Assembly (NCBI GenBank): GCA_026982355.1
Contig: JALSHG010000074.1
Span: 1-56,422 of the forward strand
DNA length: 56,422 nt
Reading direction: 5' to 3'
DNA from: Thermodesulfovibrio sp.
Lineage (GTDB): Bacteria; Nitrospirota; Thermodesulfovibrionia; UBA6902
Positions 33,072-47,351 of this stretch are shown here, piece by piece (position 1 is the stretch's first letter; each line of letters begins with the position of its first letter). The translations under genes and the position numbers were made by a program. The notes under the pieces are model-generated. The model saw only the letters and a program-made list of their open reading frames with translations, had not been told where the DNA came from and made no database searches.

Positions 33072-33968
33072 ATGGGCAGGCTTACCGACAGTGAATTGAT
33101 AGAAGAGCTTGACAGGAGGTTCAGGGAGAACAAGCAGGCATTCGACGCCCTGAGGGTGGTTACAAAGAAGCTTGAGAGATTAAACAAGAAACTGCAGGAA
33201 TCCGAGGCATTAAAAAGCAACTTCCTTTCAAACATAAGAAACGAGATAAACAACCCCCTGACATCCATTATATGCATGTCAAAGGAGCTTATCTCACCGG
33301 AATCACTGGACAAGGAAACGGTTTCATCAATAGCCGCGATGATTCATTCCGAGGCATTCAACCTTGACGCACAGTTAAGGAACATCTTTGTTGCCGCCGA
33401 GTTTGAAGCCGGAGAGGCGGTGCCGAGCATATCCAGGGTGGACATAGACATGCTGGTCAACGGCACGATCGAATTATTAAGCCATAAGGCCGGGAAAAAA
33501 ATAATAACCATGGATTACATCCCCCTGCGCGAGTCGGCTCACGAGAGCTGTTTCAACACCGATCCCGAAAAACTCCAGCTCGTGCTTTTCAACCTTCTTG
33601 CCAATGCCATTGAATACAGCCATGAAGGAGGCCGCGTGGAATTAAAGGCATGGAGGCAGGACGAATATCTGAATATATCCGTAAAGGACTACGGTATCGG
33701 CATGGATTTATCAGACCGGGAGATAATCTTTGACAGGTTCAGGCAACTGGACACCGGTGTCTCGAAGAGTCATTCAGGCCATGGACTGGGGCTGAGCATA
33801 ACAAAGGCCGCGGTCGAGTTGTTGAACGGAACCATCTCCATTGAATGCATAAAAGACAGGGGGTGTACATTTACGGTATCCATACCTGATGCAGGGTCCG
33901 AGACAGAAGTCGATGTGACTTCAAACGAGGGCAACGAGTTCATATTCGAAGACATGGAAGAATTTTAG
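33072..33968 (+). CDS. Cytoplasmic histidine-kinase-like protein with Asn in place of the H-box His
   Basis: LKSNFLSNIRNEINNPL; intact NLLANAIEYS, DYGIG, GHGLGL boxes. Confidence 0.85.
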   Translation: MGRLTDSELIEELDRRFRENKQAFDALRVVTKKLERLNKKLQESEALKSNFLSNIRNEINNPLTSIICMSKELISPESLDKETVSSIAAMIHSEAFNLDAQLRNIFVAAEFEAGEAVPSISRVDIDMLVNGTIELLSHKAGKKIITMDYIPLRESAHESCFNTDPEKLQLVLFNLLANAIEYSHEGGRVELKAWRQDEYLNISVKDYGIGMDLSDREIIFDRFRQLDTGVSKSHSGHGLGLSITKAAVELLNGTISIECIKDRGCTFTVSIPDAGSETEVDVTSNEGNEFIFEDMEEF

Positions 33969-33979
33969 GAGAAACAGGT

Positions 33980-34462
33980 ATGGAGACAAAAGAGACCACA
34001 AAGACATATTTTCTGCATCCGGGCGCCATCTTCGCCGGGAAAGAGGAATATATCGTAACCACGATTGTCGGCTCGTGTATTGCGGTCTGCCTGTGGGACC
34101 CCGTCCTGATGATAGGCGGGATAAACCACTACATGCTGGCGCTGTGGAACGGAGAGGGCCTGCCGTCCCCGAGGTACGGCAACATCGCCATTCCGAAGCT
34201 GATCGAGAAAATGCTCATGCTCGGCTGCAACAAAAACAACCTTAAGGCCAAGATATTCGGCGGGGCAAGCCTGATAAACAGCTCAAGCGGCCTGCTGAAT
34301 GTCGGCACGCGCAATATCCTGCTGGCCGAAGACATGCTTAAGGAAGAAAGACTGCCCGTAATAAGCCGCGACGTCGACGGCAACTTCGGCCGCAAGATAA
34401 TATTCAACACGAAAACAGGCGGTGTTCTATTAAAGAGGGTCATAAAAAGGCAGGCGGTCTGA
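33980..34462 (+). CDS. cheD: Chemoreceptor glutamine deamidase CheD
   Basis: TIVGSCIAVCLWD...GGINHYML...AKIFGGA...VGTRN...DVDG..GRKIIF. Confidence 0.93.
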   Translation: METKETTKTYFLHPGAIFAGKEEYIVTTIVGSCIAVCLWDPVLMIGGINHYMLALWNGEGLPSPRYGNIAIPKLIEKMLMLGCNKNNLKAKIFGGASLINSSSGLLNVGTRNILLAEDMLKEERLPVISRDVDGNFGRKIIFNTKTGGVLLKRVIKRQAV

Positions 34463-34507
34463 GCACCGCCTGTTCTTTTGCCGGTCACCACCACGTTCAT
34501 TTTCTCT

Positions 34508-34536
34508 TGGACTTTTTAACCCATAAATATTATTAT
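34508..34536 (+). promoter_or_regulatory. Putative sigma70 promoter upstream of the sigma factor gene
   Basis: TGGACT-17 bp-TATTAT. Confidence 0.35.
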
Positions 34537-34575
34537 TAACAGTAAACTTCTGCCTCATATCTTGAGAGGTCAGTT

Positions 34576-34689
34576 TAATAATGTTGCATGGACCGGCAGG
34601 ATCTCCTGCCCGCTGGCGATATTTACACAAGGTGAATACGGAGATGAGAAACATGCTCCCGGCGGAATGTCCATGCAACTGCAAGGGAA
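34576..34689. mobile_element. Repeat family A degenerate copy in the sigma-factor leader
   Basis: TAATAATGTTGCATGGACCGGCAG ... GTCCATGCAACTGCAAGGGA. Confidence 0.55.
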
Positions 34690-34705
34690 AAGAAGGCGGT
34701 GTACC

Positions 34706-36223
34706 ATGACGAAACACAATAACCACGAAAACCGGAGAGCACTCCCCGTACTGAATTACTCCCACGACAATCCGGTGAAAATGTACCTGAAGGATATGAA
34801 GTCACTCCCCCTTCTCACCAGAGAAGGCGAGGTGGAACTCGCCATGAAAATAGAGGGAGGACGGGACAGGATACACCGGATAATCTTTGCAGCTCCGTTT
34901 ACGGCAAAGCAGGTATTGCGTTTCCCCCGCATGATGGAAGAAAACATATTATCAATAAACAACATATGCGTAACCGGAAAGAACTCACCGGATACGGAAA
35001 AGGACCGGGCGCTTGAAGAATTTTCAAAAAACATCGCTTCCCTCAGATCACTGGCCGGCAGAAGGGACGCATGCCTTGCAAGGCTGGCCGGCAGGAAAGC
35101 TGGCAAAAAGGAGCTCCACGCATTAAAGGTTCAATTGTCGAAGATCAATCTTGAAATAGCCGGCAGTATCTCCGGCCTTCGGTTGAGAGACGAGGTGATT
35201 GAAAATTTCATCTCACGTTTCAAGGAATTATGCGCCCTGCACAACTTTACCGCCGGAAGACTTGAGCACATAAAGAACAAAATTGAAATCCGGCCTGAAA
35301 AATTACGGAACAGAAGGATACAGCATCATACGGCCGCCCGATTGAACATCTCCCCGGAAGAGGCAAGGAATATCTACACTGATTACAGAAAGCTCAAAAA
35401 AGATATTGCGGAAATAGAAGAAGAACTGGGGCTTGAGGGCACTGAAATCAGGGACTCCTTCAACCTCATACAGGCCGTTGAAAAAGATATTGCGCAGGCA
35501 AAGAAAACGCTTATAGAGTCGAACCTCAGGCTTGTCATAAGCATAGCCAGAAAACACACGGGCAGAGGGCTCGGTCTGTCCGACCTTATCCAGGAAGGCA
35601 ATATAGGCCTGATGAAGGCCGTCGATAAATTCGACTATAAAAAAGGTTACAAATTCAGCACATATGCCACATGGTGGATAAGGCAGGCTATTACGCGCGC
35701 CCTTGCCGATCAAGGAAGGACAATAAGGCTCCCTGTACACATGATAGAGAACATAAACAAGCTGACAAGGGTTACCAAGCATCTCTCGCAGGAACTGGGC
35801 AGAGAGCCTGCTCCGGAAGAAATCGCGAAAAAAATGGGGCTTTCCGTTGAGAAGGTCCGTTCCATTCTCAAGATATGCAGGGAACCCGTGTCACTGGAGA
35901 CACCTGTCGGAAGCGATGAAGACAGTCACCTTGAAAATTTCATAGAAGACAAGTCATCCCTTATTCCGCTGGACAGCGTTATCCGGCAGGAACTGCAAAC
36001 AGAAGTTAAGAGAATATTGAACTCCCTTTCGAGGAAAGAGGCGGAAATAATCAAAAGGCGTTTCGGCATCGGAGACGGTGTTTCTCAAACCCTTGAAGAG
36101 GTCGGCAGGCAGTTTAAAGTAACAAGGGAACGGATACGGCAACTCGAAGGAAAGGCGCTGAGGAAATTAAGGCACCCGGCGAAAAGCCGGCCACTGAGGC
36201 CCTTCCTGGAGAAAACCAGTTGA
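34706..36223 (+). CDS. RpoD-like sigma-70 factor lacking region 1.1
   Basis: Region 1.2 [22 protein letters not shown], long non-conserved region, [48 protein letters not shown], region 4 [19 protein letters not shown] at 34706. Confidence 0.9.
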   Translation: MTKHNNHENRRALPVLNYSHDNPVKMYLKDMKSLPLLTREGEVELAMKIEGGRDRIHRIIFAAPFTAKQVLRFPRMMEENILSINNICVTGKNSPDTEKDRALEEFSKNIASLRSLAGRRDACLARLAGRKAGKKELHALKVQLSKINLEIAGSISGLRLRDEVIENFISRFKELCALHNFTAGRLEHIKNKIEIRPEKLRNRRIQHHTAARLNISPEEARNIYTDYRKLKKDIAEIEEELGLEGTEIRDSFNLIQAVEKDIAQAKKTLIESNLRLVISIARKHTGRGLGLSDLIQEGNIGLMKAVDKFDYKKGYKFSTYATWWIRQAITRALADQGRTIRLPVHMIENINKLTRVTKHLSQELGREPAPEEIAKKMGLSVEKVRSILKICREPVSLETPVGSDEDSHLENFIEDKSSLIPLDSVIRQELQTEVKRILNSLSRKEAEIIKRRFGIGDGVSQTLEEVGRQFKVTRERIRQLEGKALRKLRHPAKSRPLRPFLEKTS

Positions 36224-36270
36224 ACGGCCGCGATTCATGTTACCTGACCGTGTCGCGCTGAACTGTTAGC

Positions 36271-38892
36271 ATGGATGTAATCACCACCCATCTGAATGCC
36301 GATTTCGACGCCCTTGCCTCCATGACGGCGGCGAAGAAGTTCTATCCCGATGCAATCCCCGTATTTCCCGGCTCCCAGGAAAAAAGCGTGCGCGATTTCC
36401 TGTCCGCATCCCGCACGGGAGTGGATTTCAGGAAACTCAGTGATATCGATATCACAAAGACCAGACGGCTGATACTCGTAGACGTCAAGAGCCCGGACAG
36501 GATAGGGAGGTTCTCCGAGCTGCTGAACAGAAAAGACCTCGTAATCCACATATATGACCACCATCCATTCTCCCCGGATGATATAAGGGGTCAGAAAGAG
36601 GTTATAGAGACCGTGGGCGCCACAGCCACGATATTCACGGAACTGCTGCAAAAGTACAGGATTGATATATCCCCTGTCGAAGCCACCCTGCTTATGCTCG
36701 GAATTTATGAAGAAACCGGCTCTCTCGTTTTTTCAACGACCACTGTGAGGGACATATCGGCAGCCGCGTATCTCCTTAAAAAGGGGGCCAATCTGAATAT
36801 AGTATCGGGCTTTATCAGGAGAGAGCCCGGCCCCGAGGAAATCGACCTGCTCAACGAGCTGCTCCATTCCGCAAGAGACTACGTAATCCATGACACGAGG
36901 ATAAAAATCGCCGCTGCATCCCGGGATGATTATATGAGAGATATCGCCTTTCTGGCCCATAAAATGCGGGATATGGTGGATGCCGACGCCATTTTTCTCC
37001 TCGTGATGATGGAGGACAGGATTCAGGTGATAGCAAGAAGCCATATCCCGGAGATCGATGTCTCGGCGATACTGCAAGCCCTCGGCGGAGGCGGCCATCC
37101 CCGGGCATCGTCGGCGGTCGTCAGGGACATGTCGCTGGAAGAGACGGAAAACAGGCTCGTAAGCATTTTAAAACAGAAGATACAGCCCACAAAGACAGCC
37201 AGGGACATAATGACAAGCCCCGTAAAATGCATTCAGTGGAACAGCACGCTTAAGACGGCCGAGAAAACAATGACGCAATTCGGCGTGAACGTCCTCCCGG
37301 TACTCAGGGGAAACGCCTATTACGGACTGATATCGCGGGAAGTCGTTGAAAAGGCGCTGTTTCACGGTTTCGGCAGAAGCAGGGTGGCGGAATTCTGCAC
37401 AACCGATGCCCTGACAGTGTCGCCTTCAACATCCATCAAGGCAATCGAGTCACTGATGATCGAGCAGAACCAGAGATTCATGCCCGTCATTGAAGACAAC
37501 CGCATAACGGGCGCGATAACAAGGACCGACCTTTTGCGATCCCTCTATGAAAGCCTTTTAAGAAAAGAGCGCATCCGCACACATGAAAAAACAGCGGGAA
37601 AGCCATCCATGGGAAAAAATCTTTCATCGATCATGAAATCACGCTTTCCCCCGGAGGTCTGCAGCCTGCTCCGGCTCGCGGGAGAAGTCGCGGAGGAGCT
37701 CGGATTTTCCGCATATATCGTCGGCGGCTGCGTAAGGGACCTTCTCAGGGGCGAGGCCAACCTCGATATCGATATTGTCATCGAAGGCGACGGAATAGCC
37801 TTTGCGCATGCGCTCGCCGGGAGACTCAATGTAAAGGTGAAAAGTCACAGGCGCTTCGGCACCGCGGTCGTTATCACGGACTTCCTTAAATTCGACGTGG
37901 CCACTGCAAGGACCGAGTATTACGAGTCTCCGGCGGCCCTGCCCCATGTGGAGATGTCCTCCATAAAGAAAGACCTCTACAGGAGGGACTTCACAATAAA
38001 CACTATGGCGGTGAAATTGAATCCGGGCAGATTCGGACAACTCATCGACTTCTTCGGCGGACAAAGGGACATAAAGGAAAAGACCATAAGAATCCTTCAC
38101 AACCTGAGCTTTATAGAGGACCCTACGAGGGCATTCAGGGCCATAAGATTCTCAGAGCGGTTCGGCTTCAAAATAAGCAAACACACCGTCAACCTGATAA
38201 AGACCGCCGTGCGCATCAACCTGTTCGACAGACTCTCCGGGACAAGGATGTACGATGAGCTCAACCTGCTCTTCATTGAGGCTGAACCCTTAAGGGTGAT
38301 CAGGAGGCTGGCGGAGTTCGACCTCCTGAAGTTCATCCATCCCCGCCTGCAGATCACCAGAACCCTCGAAGAGACCTTTGAAGCCATCCAGGAGACATTC
38401 GCATGGTTCAAGCTTCTCTTCTTTGAGGAAGAGATCAACAAGTCACATCTCTTCCTCATGGCCTTTCTCAATGAGCTGACGCCGCAGGAAAGAACCGTGG
38501 CCCTGCAGAGACTGCAGGTCCCGCCAAAGGCACGCAGGGAAATACTCGACGGCATTGAGGACTCCCGGGCCGCACTGTCAAAACTGCAGAAGGCCTCACC
38601 AAAGGACATTTACCACACCCTCCGGCCGCTGAACCTCCATAGCATCCTCTTTGCAATGGCCAGGGCCAGGGATAAAGAACGTAAAAAGGCGATCTCGCTT
38701 TATTTAACCGTATTAAGGAATATAAAACCCGAGCTTACAGGGAACGACCTGCAATCAATGGGATACACACCCGGACCGGTGTTCAAGGAAATATTAACGG
38801 CGATTCTTGAGGCAAGACTTGAAAGAAAGATAAAAACCCGCGAAGAAGAGAGGGATTTTGTAAGGAAAAACTTTCCCCTCGCCACCCCCTGA
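36271..38892 (+). CDS. DHH/CBS-domain tRNA nucleotidyltransferase (CCA- or A-adding enzyme)
   Basis: TTHLNADFDA, YDHH, GGGGH (DHH/DHHA1), CBS pair, VGGCVRDLL..DIDIV, DLYRRDFTINTMA, EDPTRAFRAIRF. Confidence 0.92.
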   Translation: MDVITTHLNADFDALASMTAAKKFYPDAIPVFPGSQEKSVRDFLSASRTGVDFRKLSDIDITKTRRLILVDVKSPDRIGRFSELLNRKDLVIHIYDHHPFSPDDIRGQKEVIETVGATATIFTELLQKYRIDISPVEATLLMLGIYEETGSLVFSTTTVRDISAAAYLLKKGANLNIVSGFIRREPGPEEIDLLNELLHSARDYVIHDTRIKIAAASRDDYMRDIAFLAHKMRDMVDADAIFLLVMMEDRIQVIARSHIPEIDVSAILQALGGGGHPRASSAVVRDMSLEETENRLVSILKQKIQPTKTARDIMTSPVKCIQWNSTLKTAEKTMTQFGVNVLPVLRGNAYYGLISREVVEKALFHGFGRSRVAEFCTTDALTVSPSTSIKAIESLMIEQNQRFMPVIEDNRITGAITRTDLLRSLYESLLRKERIRTHEKTAGKPSMGKNLSSIMKSRFPPEVCSLLRLAGEVAEELGFSAYIVGGCVRDLLRGEANLDIDIVIEGDGIAFAHALAGRLNVKVKSHRRFGTAVVITDFLKFDVATARTEYYESPAALPHVEMSSIKKDLYRRDFTINTMAVKLNPGRFGQLIDFFGGQRDIKEKTIRILHNLSFIEDPTRAFRAIRFSERFGFKISKHTVNLIKTAVRINLFDRLSGTRMYDELNLLFIEAEPLRVIRRLAEFDLLKFIHPRLQITRTLEETFEAIQETFAWFKLLFFEEEINKSHLFLMAFLNELTPQERTVALQRLQVPPKARREILDGIEDSRAALSKLQKASPKDIYHTLRPLNLHSILFAMARARDKERKKAISLYLTVLRNIKPELTGNDLQSMGYTPGPVFKEILTAILEARLERKIKTREEERDFVRKNFPLATP

Positions 38893-38898
38893 ACCTTC

Positions 38899-39114
38899 CT
38901 ACAATATCCTCACCCCTGAATAATAACAGCAGTGAGCGCTTTCAAGGTCATTAATAAAAGACCTCTCCTTTCCGTCTGCAAACAGAATCCTTACAAAGCA
39001 GAACCCTCCGGACAGATTTGAATGTTTCTCTTCGATGACCTCCCCGACGCCCCATGCGGAGTACCTGAGATGATTCACCCTGTCACCGACCTTCAGATAG
39101 AGCCTCCTTCTCAT
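38899..39114 (-). CDS. Small conserved hypothetical protein (DUF3553-like, SH3/Tudor-like), 71 aa
   Basis: MRRRLYLKVGDRVNH...WGVGEV...VRILF.DGK; ATG at 39114. Confidence 0.65.
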   Translation of the reverse strand: MRRRLYLKVGDRVNHLRYSAWGVGEVIEEKHSNLSGGFCFVRILFADGKERSFINDLESAHCCYYSGVRIL

Positions 39115-39129
39115 ACCGATATTATAACT

Positions 39130-39160
39130 TAACCTTGCAGTTGCGTAAAATACCGCCAGC
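39130..39160. repeat. Repeat family A single end
   Basis: TAACCTTGCAGTTGCGTAAAATACCGCC, the reverse complement of right ends such as 33018-33044. Confidence 0.6.
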
Positions 39161-39297
39161 CCGGTTTTCACATTCCGGCCCCGATGGTGAACCTGGAATG
39201 CCTCGCTGTTGTAAATGTCAACACTATTATGTTATAAATGAATTCAGATGAAAACGGATTTCAAAACACTAAACCACTTTTTTAAAGGAGAAATTGA

Positions 39298-40236
39298 ATG
39301 AAAAAAATCCTGCCCCTTATTTGTTTGTTAACCACGGTCGTATTATTCGCCGGATGCAGCCGGAACAACCGGTCCGAAGGCCCTGTTGTCGCAAAAATCG
39401 GCGAAGACGCCATCACGGAAGAGGATTTTCTCAGGGAACTCGACCGTGTGCCTGAATGGGCAAGGTCTCAATTCAGGGGGATGGAAGGCAAGGAAAAGTT
39501 CCTTGATGAGTTGATAAAAAGAGACCTCATCTACCAGGATGCAAAGAGAATGAGGCTTGACAAGGACAAAGACTATCTTGCCAGGATCAGGGAATTTGAA
39601 AAAATGAGCCTCGTATCACTTATTCTGAAAAAAGAGGTCGAAGACAAGGCGAAGGTAAGCGATGCGGAGATCAAGGAATTCTTCGAGCAGAACAAGGACA
39701 AATTCACAATAGGCACAAAGATAAGGGCAAGCCACATACTTGTCGGGACCGAAAAAGAGGCCAACGACATACTTGAAAGACTCAACAAAGGTGAGAGCTT
39801 CGCCAAGCTTGCCAGGGCATTTTCCAAGGACAAGGGCTCCGCGCAAAAAGGCGGTGACCTCGGGTACTTCGGGCGCGGAAGGATGGTTCCCGAATTCGAA
39901 CGGGCGGCACTCGCCCTGAAACCCGGGGAAGTGAGCAAGCCCGTCAAGACCCGCTTCGGCTATCATATCATAAAACTGACCGACATCAAGAAAGGGAAAC
40001 TGGCCAGCTTCGAGCAGTCAAAAGAATCCATCAGGAAACAACTGCTTGCCCAGAAGCGCAAGGCGCTTTTTAATTCATACGTTGAGAAGTTGAAGGAAAA
40101 GACCGAGGTCACCAAGAATAAAGACATACTCGCATCCATACGGCTGCCATGGGAAAAAGCCGAAGATAAAAAGCCCCCGGAGCCGGAGGGAAAACAGGCC
40201 GAAACAGTGAAAGAGAAACAAGCGGAAACGAAATAA
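39298..40236 (+). CDS. PpiC/parvulin-type peptidyl-prolyl isomerase lipoprotein (PrsA-like)
   Basis: Lipobox FAGC, IRASHILV, FAKLARAFSKD.GSAQKGGDLG, MVPEFE, TRFGYHII; RBS AAGGAG. Confidence 0.92.
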   Translation: MKKILPLICLLTTVVLFAGCSRNNRSEGPVVAKIGEDAITEEDFLRELDRVPEWARSQFRGMEGKEKFLDELIKRDLIYQDAKRMRLDKDKDYLARIREFEKMSLVSLILKKEVEDKAKVSDAEIKEFFEQNKDKFTIGTKIRASHILVGTEKEANDILERLNKGESFAKLARAFSKDKGSAQKGGDLGYFGRGRMVPEFERAALALKPGEVSKPVKTRFGYHIIKLTDIKKGKLASFEQSKESIRKQLLAQKRKALFNSYVEKLKEKTEVTKNKDILASIRLPWEKAEDKKPPEPEGKQAETVKEKQAETK

Positions 40237-40314
40237 AGAAATATCTTTTGCCGGTTGCAATTTAAAGCCGGATAACGGCAAGCTGGCAGGAACCCGCAGC
40301 AACAACATAAAAAC

Positions 40315-40352
40315 AAAAAGCCCCGGACAGGCCGGTCTGTCCGGGGCTTTTT
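40315..40352. terminator. Bidirectional intrinsic terminator between the PPIase gene and the rRNA operon
   Basis: AAAAAGCCCCGGACAG-GCCGGT-CTGTCCGGGGCTTTTT. Confidence 0.85.
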
Positions 40353-40384
40353 ATTAAGAATAACCGCAGGATTCAGAGTAAGGG

Positions 40385-43494
<3,110 letters not shown>

Positions 43495-43645
43495 CCTTTA
43501 CTCTAATCCCTACAGTTTTCAAAGATCACGCAGGCTCAGCCTGCAATTTCAGATACATGACCTGAAACTTCTTGCATTCAATTTGAAAATTAAAAAGTAG
43601 GCCCGCAAAATCTCGCGAATCTTTTTTGTTGCTTGTTACACCTTA

Positions 43646-45216
<1,571 letters not shown>

Positions 45217-45243
45217 AAAATTGACTTGCGGGCCTACTTTTTA

Positions 45244-45257
45244 GTTATCAAAGAACA
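45244..45257 (-). promoter_or_regulatory. rrn leader boxA-like antitermination site (second copy in the spacer near 43516-43529)
   Basis: TGTTCTTTGATAAC in the leader and TGATCTTTGAAAAC in the spacer, on the minus strand. Confidence 0.55.
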
Positions 45258-45550
45258 GTCTTGCTTGATTGCTACACTCAATCAACAGTATTATATAAAT
45301 ATTTCAAAGAAAAATATAGGCCATGCCTTCCGGCCACAGCCTCGATCAAACTTACTGAATACTTTAGCATGATATTTTTACCATAAATCCCCTTCAGAGT
45401 CAAAACCCTGAATATCATGGATATTGCCGGTTTCCGGCATTAAAGGTAGCATTTCAGGAAAATCCTCGGAATATCTCACAATTACATTTTTTTAAATTTC
45501 GCCTGGTTTGATGCTCCCCGAGTGCCCATTCTTGTACCCCGTCAGGCTCC

Positions 45551-45608
45551 TTGACACATAATAATCCTTGTTGCTATAGTAAAAGCACTCTACACTTGAC
45601 AGCGCTGG
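45551..45608 (+). promoter_or_regulatory. Sigma70 promoter and degenerate CIRCE operator of the hrcA operon
   Basis: TTGACA-18 bp-TATAGT, then AAAGCACTC-N9-CAGCGCTGG against consensus TTAGCACTC-N9-GAGTGCTAA. Confidence 0.7.
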
Positions 45609-45618
45609 TCTGGTAAGG

Positions 45619-46653
45619 ATGCACAAACTTGATGAAAGACGGAAAAAAATACTCTGGGCAATAATTCAAAGCCATATTGACCTTAACATCCCCATTGGAT
45701 CAATTTTGATCAGCCAACGTTTTCCCATTAAACTCTCGCCGGCCACCATACGGAATACGATGGCAAAGCTGGAAGAAATGGGATACCTCGTCCAGCCGCA
45801 CACATCAGCAGGAAGAGTTCCTACGGAAAAGGGATACCGGTTCTATGTGGATACAATTCTGGAAGAGCAGACACTATCAGTCAATAAAGCCCTGTCGTGC
45901 AGGCTCTCCAACAGGCTCAGGGGCATAAAGAAAGATAATCATTCGGTAATAAAAGAGGCGGCGAAGGCGCTTTCTTCATTTTCGCGGCTTCTTGCAATAG
46001 CAACGCCCCCAAGGATAGAGGATATAGTGTTTCAGCGCATCAAATTCATCAAGTATGAAAGAAAGAAGGTGCTGATCATACTCATATCCAAGGAAGGGGT
46101 CGTCAAAAACAGGATCATAGAACTGGACAGGATATATACTCAAAGCCAGCTCGACAAAGCGGCGGGTTACCTGAACAACAGATTCAGCGGCCTGACAATC
46201 AGAAAAGTAAGGGAAAAAATAGCCTACCAGTTATATAAGGAAAAGGCTGTATGTGATCAGCTTATTGCCAGCCTGTTATATCTGTGCAAAGATATAGTGA
46301 CATCCGAGGCCGACGCCCTCTCGCTGAACGGTCTTTCAGGCACTTCCAACCTCCCGGACTTTGCAACAATGAAACAGATTAAAGGAATCCTGAAGGCCAT
46401 TGAAGACAAGCGGTTCATGCTCAAATTACTGAACGAAATAAGCACCGCCCAGGGCGTGAAGGTCTTTGTGGGCATGGAGCACATCATGCCGGCAATGAGA
46501 GAGTTGAGCATGGTCATTTCAACATACAGGAATAAAAAGCTCGCCGCCGGCGCTATAGGCATAATAGGCCCTACAAGAATGAATTACAGGGAACTGATCC
46601 CGATCGTCGATCACACTGCAAAGGCCCTGACACAGATACTGTCGGAAACATAA
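45619..46653 (+). CDS. hrcA: Heat-inducible transcription repressor HrcA
   Basis: LSPATIRNTM..LEEMGYLVQPHTSAGRVPTEKGYRFYVD; GIIGPTRMNY; upstream of grpE. Confidence 0.95.
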   Translation: MHKLDERRKKILWAIIQSHIDLNIPIGSILISQRFPIKLSPATIRNTMAKLEEMGYLVQPHTSAGRVPTEKGYRFYVDTILEEQTLSVNKALSCRLSNRLRGIKKDNHSVIKEAAKALSSFSRLLAIATPPRIEDIVFQRIKFIKYERKKVLIILISKEGVVKNRIIELDRIYTQSQLDKAAGYLNNRFSGLTIRKVREKIAYQLYKEKAVCDQLIASLLYLCKDIVTSEADALSLNGLSGTSNLPDFATMKQIKGILKAIEDKRFMLKLLNEISTAQGVKVFVGMEHIMPAMRELSMVISTYRNKKLAAGAIGIIGPTRMNYRELIPIVDHTAKALTQILSET

Positions 46654-46691
46654 AAGGCCGAACCTTCTAAATCTAAAGGAGAATTTCAGAC

Positions 46692-47345
46692 ATGACGGAA
46701 GAAAAGGAAGATAAAGTTTCCCCGGATGCCGAAAAAGGAGAAACGGGACAGGAGACCGCGGAAGCAGGGGAAGCAGGCACGGCAACCGACAAGAAGGTTG
46801 AAGAACTGGAAAAGGCACTTAAAGAGGCAAACGACAAGTATATCAGGCTTTATGCCGACTTTGAAAACTACAAGAAAATCGAGGCCAGAAACAAAGAAGA
46901 GCTCCTGAAGTATGCAAACGAAGGCCTGATGTCCGATATTCTGACGGTGATTGATCATCTGGAGCTTGCGCTTCAGCACTCCGCAGACAATAAATCCTCC
47001 GACTCGCTGGCAGAGGGGGTTAAACTGACCTTGAAAGAGCTCAAGACGGTTCTTGAAAAACACGGGCTGACAACCATAGATGCCCTGGGGAAATCATTTG
47101 ATCCCTCTGTGCATCATGCAATGTCGCAGATAGAATCCGAAGACACAGATGAAAACACCGTGGTCAAGGAATTCCGGAAGGGTTACATGCTGAAAGACAG
47201 GGTACTGAGGGCATCGCTTGTCGGAGTATCCAGGAAGCCGTCCGGAGCCGGCAAACCGGAATCGGAAGATGCTCGCGATCAAACCGTTTCGACAGTCGAA
47301 AAGCGGGAACAGCTTCAGTCAACAGAAATCAATGAGGAGGAATAA
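46692..47345 (+). CDS. grpE: Nucleotide exchange factor GrpE
   Basis: RLYADFENYKK, FDPSVHHAM, KGYMLKDRVLR. Confidence 0.95.
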   Translation: MTEEKEDKVSPDAEKGETGQETAEAGEAGTATDKKVEELEKALKEANDKYIRLYADFENYKKIEARNKEELLKYANEGLMSDILTVIDHLELALQHSADNKSSDSLAEGVKLTLKELKTVLEKHGLTTIDALGKSFDPSVHHAMSQIESEDTDENTVVKEFRKGYMLKDRVLRASLVGVSRKPSGAGKPESEDARDQTVSTVEKREQLQSTEINEEE

Positions 47346-47351
47346 TCAATT

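Noticed and set aside
34562-34705. N-terminal extension of the sigma factor as region 1.1
   Set aside because: It is a translation of a family A repeat and is not acidic like region 1.1.
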